A program made the translations under genes and the position numbers. Of a stretch of DNA of 64,000 nt, positions 20,290-30,787 are shown piece by piece. The stretch is from Chromatiaceae bacterium. Lineage in GTDB: Bacteria > Pseudomonadota > Gammaproteobacteria > Chromatiales > Chromatiaceae. The notes beneath the pieces are model-generated. The model did no database searches and had not been told where the DNA came from. It saw only the letters and a list, made by a program, of their open reading frames with translations. The first letter of the stretch is position 1. Each line of letters begins with the position of its first letter. The stretch lies in the NCBI GenBank assembly GCA_019356535.1, contig CP037918.1:1332315-1396314 (forward strand), read 5' to 3'.

Positions 20290-23198
20290 GCGGCATCCTC
20301 CCTGGTGTTGCGGTGGGCGGCCCCGGATACCCGGGTTTCGCGGGCCAGAAACTCGGCCACGGAGAGGAAGTTTTCGATCCAATCGAGGCGTTCATCCCGC
20401 CTGGCATGAATGATCGCCTGCTCGACCAGCGATCGGGCGAGCCCAGGCAGCTCATAATAGTCGCGGGTCGTCTTCTTATTGCACTGGCGTGCCAACTGAT
20501 AGGCCAGCAATTCGGCTACCATGGCACCGTCTCCCTCGGGCTCGGGCAGGTCACGCAACCAGAGCGCGCTGTTGTAGACGGCGCGACGCGATACGGACGG
20601 CTCAGCAAGGAAATCGCGTAGCCGCAGCAGCAGCCGCAACGGTTCGCCCCAGCGGGCAGTCAGGTGCAGCGCTCCGCCCGCCCGCTTGACGATGGTGATG
20701 GAGAAGGCATCGCGACCGCCCTCCTCCTTGGCGCGTTTCTCCGCCGCACGCAGCTCGCGCAACACTGCGCCCAATGGGGCCTGGTGGTGGGCGATTACCG
20801 CACCGCAGCTGGCCGTCGCCTGCTCGCCCATCAGCCGTAACAGCCGGCCTCGGTGCCGCACGAAGCCGTTGCCTTGCCGTTCGAAGCCGAGCTCGGCCTC
20901 CAGGCCAACCGCTTCGGGTGCTATCCCCGAATAGGCGGCGCGCGCCGAAGCCATCGCCGGCAACAGATCGATCACTGGCAGCATGGCCATCAGGTCGTCG
21001 CCGCCGGCATACAGAACGCGTCCATGGTGACGACGCTCGATCACTTCGGGGGCAAGTGTCAGCGCAAAATGGTTGAGCGCCTCGGAGATGGCCATGTGGC
21101 GTGACGGGCTGGGGGCGCGTTTCTCCCTGGCATAGGCGACAAAGTTCGGATCGTCCTCGAAGACGCGCAACGCGGCGCGGATCTGTGGATGGAAGCTGGT
21201 CTCGTGGGCCAAGGCCACCTCTCGGTCGGCCGACAACCAAGCTCCCATGCGGTCGCCGTCCATCAGCAGCAGGCCGTAGTAGGCTTCCGGTTTATGGCCA
21301 AGCCACGCTTCCAGTAATCGGGCTGCCTGGCGCTGTTGTGTTTCGTCCTCCGCTTCGCGCATCTCTTCCAGCCACCCTGGCAGGCGACGCAGCAACGCGC
21401 CGTCGGGATGATCGCGCAGTGCCGCCGAGAGCTTGCGCGGCAGTGCGACCCGCTCGTCGTGGCTGGCGGCGATCTTCTCGCGCAGTGCTCGGGAGAACTC
21501 ATGCCCGGCATTCAGCGCATTGGCGATGGACCCGGCCAGCGCCATGGTGTGAGTGCTGACCACGAAACGGTTGAAACCCTGATCCACCAGATCACCCAGC
21601 TCACGCACGAACAGCGTCGGCCAGAGGCGCTTGAGCGTGTTGAGTGCACCGAGGTGTTCGCCCTTTCTGGCCCAAGCGGGCTTATTGTCGGCGACCTTGG
21701 TCCACAAGGTCTCTTCGTGCTCGCCTTCCCTGAAACCCTTGTCTTGACGACTCTTCCTCTTGCCCTGCGGCAGGTCAAGCTGATCACAATCGGTGGTGAG
21801 CCACTCGGCCTCGCCTGACAGCGAATCGCGCCAGCCTTTCTGTTGCAGCTGGGCGAAGGGTCGAGCCGACTTGGTCGCAGCCACCAGGCGCTCCAGCAAC
21901 TCGTGCAGGGCCGGGTAGAGGCTGCCGGGATTGGGCCGCCAGAACCATCCCTGCTCCAGCTCGATGCCGCCGGATAGCAACCGCCAGGCCTCGCTGCCTA
22001 GATAGCCGGGCGGGCTGGACGCGAAGAAGGGCCGCATCGCCTCGGCCAGCCGAGTGTCGCTGGCCGCTACCCTGCCATCTTTGTCGGTTCCCACCAGCGA
22101 CCAAGGCACCGCAGCCCAGTGCACTTCTGGGAAGCCGGCGAGCTGCTCGCGGATCTGCCGATAGCCCGGCAGCTTGGGGTCGTCACCGATGCCGGCTGCC
22201 TCCAGCAGCAGACGGAAGGCCTCGTCGGCCCGCTCCCGCGCCCAGTCGCGAACCCGTTGGGTGATCGTCTCGGCAATCTCGCGCGCCTGGCCCGCCGGTA
22301 CGATGGCAGTGAACCGGTTGGGCAACGCGGCGCCGAACAGCGGATTGGCATCGGACTTGGACCGGGTCCAGTCACATCCCTCGAACAGTTCCGGGCGCAG
22401 GCCCATGGTCTCGCGTAACCACAGATCGATCTGGGGCACGCCACGCAGGCGCGGAAACAGGATCGCCTCGGGGCCGAGTCGTTCGCAGACCACCCGCATT
22501 GCCTCCCAGCTCATGCGCGAGAGCAGATGTGAACCGGCCCAGAGGTCGGAGGTGGTGCGAGCGCTGGCGATGAACTCCTGTACGGGGCCGAGGGAGACGG
22601 CCAGTAACGCCGGGCCACCCTCGCCACTGACAAAACAACCCGCCAGCGCCACAGTCAAATCGAGATGGTCGTGGATACTGTGATCAGGTACCCGAGTATC
22701 GGCCGGCAGTTGCGCCCAGAGGCTCTTGATCTGCTCGGCCTCTACCTCAGGGCCAAAGCGCCAGAAGGCAAGCGCGGTCTTTTGCAGGTCGTCCGGGTGT
22801 ATCAAGCCACGCAGGTGATCCAGTGCCAGCGCCTTGGCCTGTTCCGGTGTAATGTCGCTCAGCCGGCCGATATCGAAGGCTTCACCGGTGAGAGGATGGA
22901 CGATCACCGGACTTTCATGGAAGCGAACCTGCTGCCAGCGCGGATAGCCATGCTCACCGTCACGGTTCGGAAAGGCAGCGCGATCGGCAGCGGAGGCCCA
23001 GTGATCGGCCTGTTTCACCGCGTGGGCCACCATGGGCGGCAAGTCGCTCAGGCCCAGGTCTTGTCTCAACGTGGCCGAAGTACCTCCCTCGTGCCCCTCG
23101 GCGGAACGCATCAGGATCAGCGCCTTCTCGATAGGATCGTGCAGGCGAGCGGCGAGCTTAGTTTGCCAGAGCTTATTATTGTCCCTTTGATCGCTCAT
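20286..23198 (-). CDS. cas10: Cas10/Cmr2 large subunit with intact palm domain
   Basis: LHDP, DTRVPDHSI, DLWAGSHLLS, MDGDRMG, YAGGDDL. Confidence 0.97.
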
Positions 23199-24256
23199 GA
23201 TTGACTCCTCTTCACTCGCTTTGCCTCATCAAGATAGGCATGCACCTGCGACCAGACCTCTTCGATGGCACCGAGGTCGGGCTGGAACTGCCGCGGCGGC
23301 CTGCAGGGGAGGTGGAAGATCCGACCGTACAGCCTGCCATCTTCCCCCTGCACCACCTTGAAACGGAGGCTGTTGGGGAGGCGGGCATTACGATCCCACC
23401 GTTTGGTCCCGTGGTTTGTTACCGGATAGGCCAACCAATGTCGGTCTTCCACCTGGCGATGCGGCGGCTTTTCCTTGGGAAAGCGGAAGCGAGTGCGCAG
23501 GTCGATCTTGATCTCCGCCAGCCGCCTCATGAGCTGCTGCCAGTCGTCGAAGGGATCGGTCTGCCAGATCAGGACGCCCTTTCCATCCTTGCCGATGGCA
23601 TGGGGCCAGTCACGATCCAGACATTCGCGCCAATCACGCAGCGGATACTTACCGTCTGACAGGTCGCCGGCGAGGGAGAGCGAGCCCCAACCATTGCGCG
23701 AGCGTCCACCCAGCGCGCCAAAGGCGTCGATCAAGAACAGCGCCCTGTCGAGCAACTCGGCGTCGACAGCAGGGAAGGCCAGGCGCAGGGTGGCCTGTTC
23801 GCCTGCCTGGATGGCGGCGTTCGTCTTCAGGGCCGTCCGCCTTGACTGCCTGTCGTAAGTCAGCGGACCAAACCCGAGATAGAGGTCAGCCCCAACCGAC
23901 CGGCCTACCTCCGGATGGCTCACTTTCCCGATCTCATTCCATTCCGAACGCCTCAGCTTGCCGGTGCTCCATTTATCCAGCCGCAACCGCACGCGACTGC
24001 GATTGCCGCTGCCGTCGGCGGCAGTGCCGAACAGCGCCCCCTCCTGCTCACGCAGGCTCCGGTAGTCGTTTGAAAAACCATTGGCTTCCGCCCAGGCCAC
24101 CCGCCACCACTCGCGCAGCAGGTGCTTGAAAGGTGGCGCGCGCCACTGGCCGTCCTGCTCGGCGTTGCCGAGAAAGGCAGGTGTAACGAAGCGGATCGTG
24201 AACTGCCGGGTTTCCATCCGGCCTTGAAGCGATTTGGTCATGGCTTGGGCCGTCAT
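23195..24256 (-). CDS. cmr1: Type III-B RAMP Cmr1
   Basis: FVTPAFLG, LREWWR, LFG, ALGGRSRNGWGSL. Confidence 0.94.
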   Translation of the reverse strand: MTAQAMTKSLQGRMETRQFTIRFVTPAFLGNAEQDGQWRAPPFKHLLREWWRVAWAEANGFSNDYRSLREQEGALFGTAADGSGNRSRVRLRLDKWSTGKLRRSEWNEIGKVSHPEVGRSVGADLYLGFGPLTYDRQSRRTALKTNAAIQAGEQATLRLAFPAVDAELLDRALFLIDAFGALGGRSRNGWGSLSLAGDLSDGKYPLRDWRECLDRDWPHAIGKDGKGVLIWQTDPFDDWQQLMRRLAEIKIDLRTRFRFPKEKPPHRQVEDRHWLAYPVTNHGTKRWDRNARLPNSLRFKVVQGEDGRLYGRIFHLPCRPPRQFQPDLGAIEEVWSQVHAYLDEAKRVKRSQS

Positions 24257-25437
24257 GTCGGGTCCTCCTCCGGGTGTTCATTTTGTGCCTTGTGATCGCC
24301 GAGACCGGCTCCGGCAAGCCTGCCGAACCGCACCGCATCCCGCGGCAGCTTGAGGCTGTAGCGCCGCGGCCGGGTGCCACCGTCGTCGATGTAATACAGC
24401 CGGGCCACCGCCCCTAGGCGGTTCTTGAGGATGCGGTGCAGTTTGCTCTTGGTACTGGAGAAATACTCACCGTCCATGCCGTCGCGCAGGGCCTGTTCGG
24501 TGCGCTCGATGTCATCCAGCGCATTCCCTCGGATCACGCGATATTGCGCCAGAAAGCGTTCTGACCAGACCTTGTCGGGGGCGTACTTGCCCGGCGCCGC
24601 CAAGGCTTCATCCCCTTGTATCAGGCGTTGCGCAAACAGGCTCAGCAGGGCCAGCTGCGCCGGCGGCAGTTCAATCAATGTGCCGCCGGCGAGAATGCGT
24701 TTGCCTTCGCGATCGATCACTAGCTCCGGCGGCTGCAGAGCACGTTGCGCGGCCGCCACCGCCTCGGAGAAGGTCGCCCCGCCCTGCCGCAGCCCGTCGT
24801 CCAGGCCATGCCGCAAGCGCACGAAGGGAATCTCGGCCAGTTCGACCTGTGCATCCCGGGTGTCGGCAAGCTTGTTGTCGCGGGTGGTGATGACCCGGGC
24901 ATACGGGGTCGGGTAGAAGAAGTCCCAGCTCGACTCATAGGGCTCGCTCACCAGCACGTGGGACAGGCGGTCCTGCGGGCGACCGAACAGGGAAAGCGCA
25001 TAACCCAGGTAGAAGCCCATGGTCTTTCGCCCGCCCGCAATGGAAACATGCAGAGCGGCTTTCTCGTCGGCGGTGAATTCCCGGACCTTTTCGGTGACCC
25101 GATCGGCCAGCCGCTCATTGTCCGCCGGGGTACGGATGTCATCGAGCGCCTTACCCTGCTCGTCCGCGATCGTGTGGATATGGCTGGCATCGAAAAGGAT
25201 GGGCGGCAGCCCGTAGTCGCCACAAAGGCGATGGAACCAGCCTGGATCCTCCGACAGCAGGGCCAGTTCGGCGCGCTGCTTTCCTTCAGCCGTGGTGAGC
25301 AAGTGGATCTCGGTTGGAACGAAGAGGGGATCACGCCGCACAGCCAGCGCATACAAAGTTTCGGTAACCACCTGAGGGCTCAGTCCAGTGACCGCCAGCA
25401 GAATCCGCCGGGAATATTGCTCAGGCCGACTGTGCAT
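24253..25437 (-). CDS. NE0113-family CARF protein (putative ring nuclease) with C-terminal winged-helix-like domain
   Basis: ILLAVTGLSPQVVTETLYAL, SIAGGRKTMG, LSHVLVS, FFYP; extra ~120-aa C-terminal domain. Confidence 0.85.
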   Translation of the reverse strand: MHSRPEQYSRRILLAVTGLSPQVVTETLYALAVRRDPLFVPTEIHLLTTAEGKQRAELALLSEDPGWFHRLCGDYGLPPILFDASHIHTIADEQGKALDDIRTPADNERLADRVTEKVREFTADEKAALHVSIAGGRKTMGFYLGYALSLFGRPQDRLSHVLVSEPYESSWDFFYPTPYARVITTRDNKLADTRDAQVELAEIPFVRLRHGLDDGLRQGGATFSEAVAAAQRALQPPELVIDREGKRILAGGTLIELPPAQLALLSLFAQRLIQGDEALAAPGKYAPDKVWSERFLAQYRVIRGNALDDIERTEQALRDGMDGEYFSSTKSKLHRILKNRLGAVARLYYIDDGGTRPRRYSLKLPRDAVRFGRLAGAGLGDHKAQNEHPEEDPT

Positions 25438-25550
25438 CGGATCGCTTACCTTCCCTCTCCGTCGAAAACGGTGCGGGGGGCGTCCATGCGCTTGCCCTGG
25501 CCCCTTCCCGGACCGCCCCGCTGCGGAACAGTGTGCCCGGCGACCTCCAT

Positions 25551-26495
25551 TCAGTGGGCCTCCCGCAAGCTTGCCGCGACCAAGCGATACCGTCCCAGGC
25601 CCATGCTGGTGAACTTCCCCAGGTGCAGCCATTGGCCCAGCCACAGGAGGGGCCACCAATCAGCGAAGCCATCACCGGACAGGGCTATCCGGCCCATCAG
25701 GCCACCAACTTGCATGCGTGTCTTCTGGCGCGAGGAATAACGTGACCAGTCCTGCCAGACAAGCTCGCTTTCGACCTTCAGGCCGAGATCACGTGCCCTG
25801 CCCAGCGACTCCCTCGGCGGGCGCTCGCCAATCAGTTCATAAACGCGATAGAGCAGGCTCTCGAACAGCATGGCCGGCACGAACTGATCCGGGCGCACCA
25901 AATGTCCCCGTCGTTTGAAACGCCAGGGTGTTGCCCATTCCAGCACCACATGGCCGGGCCAGGGCGGCGGCTGAATTGCGGCAGGCACAGGCGGAGCGGT
26001 CAACACGTTTCCATCGTAGACCGAATGCCAGTTGTCTCCGCCCAAGGTGCCAAGCGCGGCCAGTTCATCGACATCGAATCCGACATTCTTAGGCCCAAGT
26101 CCCAGGCGCCCCCCAGCCTGGAACGCCTGCACCAGGTAAGGAAGTTCCCGGTCGTGAGGCGACAGCAGGCTCATCTCAAAAGTGAAGCGCCCACCCTTTG
26201 GATAATGCCGTCTCCCGGACTCTGAAACGCTCAATACATACGGAACCCTGACCGAGCCGCTGATATGCGATGTAGGCTCGAACAGCCGGGTATAGACACA
26301 TGAATCGGTCAGGGGACAGTCAGCGCAGGTTTTGCGGCGGGTCACACAGGCAGTTCGCCGAAGACCGTGTCCAAGTAGCCCACGCAGGGCCGAACCGAGG
26401 TACGGTGGGGCATCGAAGGGCTGTGCGAAGCAAAGCGTCCAACGCAGCCGGTACAAGGCGGGGAAACGATCAAGTATTTCCAAGGACGAATCCAT
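25551..26495 (-). CDS. cas6: crRNA-processing endoribonuclease Cas6
   Basis: GSALRGLLG, C..C Zn-like insert, C-terminal G-loop HLGKFTSMGLG. Confidence 0.93.
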   Translation of the reverse strand: MDSSLEILDRFPALYRLRWTLCFAQPFDAPPYLGSALRGLLGHGLRRTACVTRRKTCADCPLTDSCVYTRLFEPTSHISGSVRVPYVLSVSESGRRHYPKGGRFTFEMSLLSPHDRELPYLVQAFQAGGRLGLGPKNVGFDVDELAALGTLGGDNWHSVYDGNVLTAPPVPAAIQPPPWPGHVVLEWATPWRFKRRGHLVRPDQFVPAMLFESLLYRVYELIGERPPRESLGRARDLGLKVESELVWQDWSRYSSRQKTRMQVGGLMGRIALSGDGFADWWPLLWLGQWLHLGKFTSMGLGRYRLVAASLREAH

Positions 26496-26661
26496 TGCCT
26501 TTCCTGGGTTTTCCGCAACTCAGTCTACCTTCTGTCCGGCTCGATCGAAAGCGTGGCAAGCCTGCCAGGCCCTCCTTCATTCCAGCTTGCCGCGATTCGG
26601 CCGGAATTGCGGATACCGGCGGGCCAGCAGGACTCCCCCACCCGAAACGCTTCAAGCGGGA

Positions 26662-26831
26662 TTGCACTACTCCCCGCTGGCTCGCAGCGCAAGACAACTT
26701 CCGCAAATGGCTCAGTGCCGCGTTCGGATGCTCGCTTTGTTTCCCCGCAGGCTGCGCACGCGCACGTCAGCAAAGCAGCCTCGCCTCGCGACTACCAGAG
26801 ACTACCCGCCTTCGCTTCGCTCTCCTTGGCG
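26662..26831. repeat. Dispersed ~170-bp repeat, copy 1
   Basis: 78/85 identity to 34908-34992, with similarity continuing to ~170 bp. Confidence 0.85.
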
Positions 26832-27257
26832 ATCAGCGGAAGGTGGTGGCTTCACAGCTCATCCCCTTGCAGCCCTCTTGGCACCCATGGATGGCCTCCT
26901 CGCGCGCCCCCCTGATCCTGATACTCAATGGTCAGTCGTTCCAGCTTCCGGGGCAGGCTGCAGTATAAGGGTGGGTCGTCGCAGATTCTGCTGCCACTAC
27001 GCCTCCAGGGGTCTGCATGAAGGCGCCGAGTTGATTGGGAACGAAGTCGGCGCTGCCGTGCTTTTTCTCCAGCGCCAGGGCGAAGTCGAGGTAGTCTGGC
27101 ATCGCTGAGGGACGAAAATATCCTCCTTGAGCCTAACATAGCTCTCCCTGCAGTAGCTTAGGGACTCCACCTAATGGGCACACCGCCCATACAGGTAGGC
27201 GCGTACCGCGGGACCCAAGCCCTTTGCCTAGAGCCTATTTCAGGAAGGTAGCGCCCC

Positions 27258-27577
27258 CGTTACGTCTGAAATCAAGTTTCATATATAATGGGGGGAGCCG
27301 TGCTCAGCGACCCCGAAATCCTGCAAATACGACATGTCGAAAATCGGCGCGAACCTCAACACGAAAATCCACCCTGAAATCCACAAAAAACATCACACGC
27401 CCTCCCATTCACCAACAAAAGAGAGGACCCAAAAGTGCGGCTAACACCGCCAGGGGAAGATCCCAAACCACGCAGCAAGCGATTCTCCTGACACCACCAG
27501 GGAAAGAGGCTCATAAGAGCGCCAGACACACCCCACATAGGCCGCAACAGACCCCTAACCACACCAAAAAAGTTACA
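27258..27577. repeat. Left arm of a diverged ~320-bp inverted repeat
   Basis: Reverse complement matches 28613-28934: 51/70 gapless at the outer end, 14/14 at the inner end. Confidence 0.7.
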
Positions 27578-27733
27578 TTGTGAACTCCCTTTTGGCCCAG
27601 ATGGGCCCACAAGAATTCCAGCAAGACTGAATGCCACCAAAGAAGAAGGTTTCAAAGCATTGAAGACATGATGCGAAATTGAAATGTTTCGGACCCAAAA
27701 CGCTGCAGCTGCGCACCGGGAAACCCATGCACT

Positions 27734-28200
27734 GGCGGCTTCATGCTGGCTTGGTACTTGCCTTCCATGCCCTTCATTCTGTGGACTTTTGAGGTGGTTG
27801 GCTGGGTGGTGCTGGTCGTCGAGATGGTGATTGCTGCCCTACTCTGGGCCATTGCACACGGCATGACCGAAGGCGAAGGGGCAGTCGGCCAGAGCGCTAA
27901 ACAGGGCTATCTGCTGTTCCTGCGGGCCGCCCTGCAGCCTGCGATCATGGTGGTCGCCTTCTGGCTGGCGATGGTGGTACTGGTGCCGGTTTCGCGTTTC
28001 GTGGCCAAATGATTCCTGGTGTTCTTTGAAGGCTTGACCCATGGCGTCTACTTCTTCATGGGCTTCATTGCGATGATCTTCATTGGCGGCGGACTGATGG
28101 TGAGCGTTACGCACAAGGTCTGCGGCTGGGTGACTTGGTTGCCGACCAACATTTTCCGCTGGATTGGTGGCTCTGCACATGATCTGGGCAGCGCGCACGA
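27734..28200 (+). pseudogene. DotA/TraY-family type IVB conjugation protein, C-terminal fragment
   Basis: LAWYLPSMPFILW..VVGW.VLVVE.VIA.LLWA.AH...GEG..G..A.QGYLL...QP..MV and LP..IFRWIG; internal TGA at 28010. Confidence 0.8.
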
Positions 28201-28410
28201 AGTGGATCGTGCGAAGACCATGTGGTGGGTGCTGTGGGCGGACTGGGCCATGGCGCGAGTGACACAACCCCGCATCTCGAACCTGTTTCGCGGTCGCCTC
28301 TCCCTAATACAAGAGAGCTTCGGCCACGCCTGCCCAAGCGGACATTTTTTATCCGGACCGCCCCAGCGAAGGTAGGATCGCATGCGGCGTTTGGGGCATC
28401 ACAGGGGTCT

Positions 28411-28629
28411 CTGGCGTCCCCGTGTAACTTTTTTGGAAGAACCCTGGCTTTCCAGACCCCTCTGAGAGGGGGCACAGACCCCTCAGTGAGGGATCAGCTA
28501 CCGCCTGGCGTTCCCCGTGTAACTTTTTTGGAAGAACCCTGGCTTTCCAGACCCCTCTGAGAGGGGTCACAGACCCCTCAGTGAGGGGTCAGCTACCGCC
28601 TAGCGCCGCCCGTGTAACTTTTTTGGAAG
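28411..28629. repeat. Tandem 94-95 bp repeats (2 full, 1 partial), each full unit with two GACCCCTC..GAGGG palindromes
   Basis: Units start at 28411, 28505 and 28600; shared GTGTAACTTTTTTGGAAG. Confidence 0.92.
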
Positions 28630-28934
28630 GATTTCGCCCCTTGGAGGGGTGGAATTTCCCCTTTCGTGTGCGTCAGCAGCCCCCCCCTAATCGCCCGATG
28701 TCGCGTAAATCGCCTGCGGTCTGGTTCGAGGTGAGCTCCCTGTCGGTGTGCGCCGGGGTTTGGAGCCTCTCTATCGGTGGCGGTAGCGGGGGGTCTGAGT
28801 GATTTTTGCGGTATTTCGGCAGGCTCGAGGGCGAGATTCTCGCACCGCGAAGCGGTGTACCCTTTTTGCAGAAAATCCGGGTCGCCGCGCACGTCTCCCC
28901 CCGTTACTGCTTAAAACCGTTTTCAGCAGTAACG
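28613..28934. repeat. Right arm of the diverged inverted repeat, ending in a 33-bp palindrome (28902-28934)
   Basis: CGTTACTGC-N15-GCAGTAACG immediately downstream of the integrase stop. Confidence 0.7.
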
Positions 28935-28941
28935 CTATCAA

Positions 28942-29988
28942 TCATCCCAACAACTCCACCAACGACGCCGGATCCTCACGGTAATACGTGTTGAGCAGTA
29001 GCTTGAGATCACGGTGCCCGGACACTCGCGCCAGCTGCATGACATCCAGCTTCCGCGACAGGCGGGTCAGAGCCTCAGCTCGGGTGTCGTGGAAGTGGAG
29101 ATCTTCGATGGCAGCCCGGTCTCGAATTTTGCGCCACATGGCATCCAACCGGCGTGCTTTCAATCCGAAAACACGCCCGTCGCCGCTCGGATCTTCGGCA
29201 GCCAGTGCTTGACGCAACAGCGCAACCGCTCGGCTCGACAAAGGGACGGTGCGTGCGAGCCCAGTTTTGCGCGCGCCCTGCTCTTTAGCCCGCACATGCG
29301 CTACATATTTGCCAAAGTCGATGTCATCATGCCGTAGCGCGCAGATCTCGCCCGCACGCATGGCGGTCTCCAAGGCGAACAAGAATGCCAGCGCAACGCG
29401 CTGCGACACCGTCGCCGGCGGCTCGTCCGGTGTGTAGCCGGCGACGAGCAGCACCCGGTTGATTTCCTCATCCGTCACGCGCCGCGTGCGCGGCGGCGGG
29501 GGTTTCGGGCGGGAAACCTGCGACATCGGATTGTTCGGTAACCAACGCCATTCTTTCACCGCGCGCGTGCAGACAGCAGAAAGCAGATTCCATTCGCGCA
29601 GCACGGTTGCCTCTGAGACCTCTTTCAAGCGCCGATCTCGCCAGTCGGCAAAATGCTCGGGTCCCAGGTCGGAGAGCAATACTTGAGCAAGAGGGTCAGG
29701 GTCGCGATCTGGCTCACGCTTCGTCGGCTCGCCAAGCAATTTTGCGATGCGCAGAAATTCCCACCGCCCTCCATCTCGCTTCCGCGAGACCTCCTCGCAA
29801 TAGCGCTTCAGCGCGTCACTGAAGGGGCGCCGTGGGGCAATGCCGGCGCGACGCTCCTCGATGTCGCGTTCGATGTTGGCTGCCCAGACTTCTGCCTCTC
29901 GTCGGGTGCGGAAGCTTCTTGACACATTGTGTCCGGCCCGTCGAACCCGCGCTGTCCAGCCTTTTTCCCTTCGCCAGATCGTTGCCAT
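28942..29988 (-). CDS. Tyrosine recombinase/integrase (348 aa)
   Basis: Catalytic set R (AMRAGEI), HxxR (HFHDTR), H (SGH), Y (NTYY); adjacent to tRNA-Leu. Confidence 0.95.
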   Translation of the reverse strand: MATIWRREKGWTARVRRAGHNVSRSFRTRREAEVWAANIERDIEERRAGIAPRRPFSDALKRYCEEVSRKRDGGRWEFLRIAKLLGEPTKREPDRDPDPLAQVLLSDLGPEHFADWRDRRLKEVSEATVLREWNLLSAVCTRAVKEWRWLPNNPMSQVSRPKPPPPRTRRVTDEEINRVLLVAGYTPDEPPATVSQRVALAFLFALETAMRAGEICALRHDDIDFGKYVAHVRAKEQGARKTGLARTVPLSSRAVALLRQALAAEDPSGDGRVFGLKARRLDAMWRKIRDRAAIEDLHFHDTRAEALTRLSRKLDVMQLARVSGHRDLKLLLNTYYREDPASLVELLG

Positions 29989-30003
29989 ATCTTCTCCCGC
30001 CTT

Positions 30004-30042
30004 GTGACACTGCTCGTGACAATGCTGTGACAACTTGTGTCA
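30004..30042. promoter_or_regulatory. Putative integrase arm-type sites (GTGACA x3, 11-12 bp spacing)
   Basis: GTGACA at 30004, 30016, 30027; one-mismatch variants GTGGCA/GCGACA at 3343/3354 inside the other island end. Confidence 0.5.
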
Positions 30043-30141
30043 GATATGAGCGGATACTAGCGGATTTGTGCAGACAAGGGAAAGAAGAAATAGCGAGAAA
30101 ACAGCCAGTTACGATCATGTCGCAACTGGCTTGACCGGCGT

Positions 30142-30229
30142 TGGTGCCCGGAGCCGGAATCGAACCGGCACGGCCGCAGTGGCCGGCAGATTTTAAGTCT
30201 GCTGCGTCTACCAGTTTCGCCATCCGGGC
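30142..30229 (-). tRNA. tRNA-Leu (TAA)
   Basis: GCCCGGATGGCGAAACTGGTAGACGC...GACTTAAAATC...GGTTCGATTCC...CACCA; long variable arm. Confidence 0.98.
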
Positions 30230-30512
30230 GGATGGAAGAAATGCTCGGGCATTGTACTGGCCAGCCCGTCTCTCGCCTACCCGATGGGCCTCCTGGGGCG
30301 CCTCGGCACCTGCATTCACCACCTTGCAGGCACGCCAGCTATGTGATGACTTCAGGTGCTCGACAAAATATCGCTGAAATCTTGCCGATTTCTGGCAATT
30401 TGGCGATAGACCTCTGGATCGGCAAGGACTCAGACGCAAGAATACTTGATGACGACCGCGGGCCGAATGGGAGGCCGTGCCTTGGAAGTGCACTGGGAAT
30501 CAGGGATAAAGA

Positions 30513-30586
30513 TGGAGGCCGAGCCCGGAGTCGAACCGAGGTACACGGATTTGCAATCCGCTGCATAGCCACTCTGCCACTCGGCC
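30513..30586 (-). tRNA. tRNA-Cys (GCA)
   Basis: 74 nt; GGATTGCAAATCC anticodon arm; CCA end. Confidence 0.98.
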
Positions 30587-30630
30587 ATCTTTGATCGTGT
30601 CCCGACCCGCTTTACAGGGGGCCGAGACCA

Positions 30631-30658
30631 GAAACCCCGCAACGAAGTGCGGGGTTCC
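30631..30658 (-). terminator. Hairpin with T-tract between tRNA-Gly and tRNA-Cys
   Basis: GGAACCCCGCA-cttcgt-TGCGGGGTTTCT. Confidence 0.45.
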
Positions 30659-30667
30659 GAGGGAAAT

Positions 30668-30743
<76 letters not shown>

Positions 30744-30787
30744 CGAACGAGGCGCCATTTTATGGATTCCCCGGGGGCTGTCAAGCC

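Noticed and set aside
24253-25659. Long ORF-track starts for several genes (NE0113 25659, cmr3 20382, cmr4 19300, cmr6 17935, cas1* 7564, hpt 40867, pdxJ 50741, rlmD 47973)
   Set aside because: The extensions overlap upstream genes; downstream ATGs give stop-start coupling or an RBS and family-typical N-termini
26662-26831. Group II intron, riboswitch or tRNA identity for the 170-bp repeat
   Set aside because: No domain V, TPP, cobalamin or c-di-GMP consensus and no cloverleaf recognised; left as unknown
28865-28934. Resemblance of GCGGCGACC to the lambda cos site
   Set aside because: Only 9 bp; no terminase, HNH or capsid genes in the island
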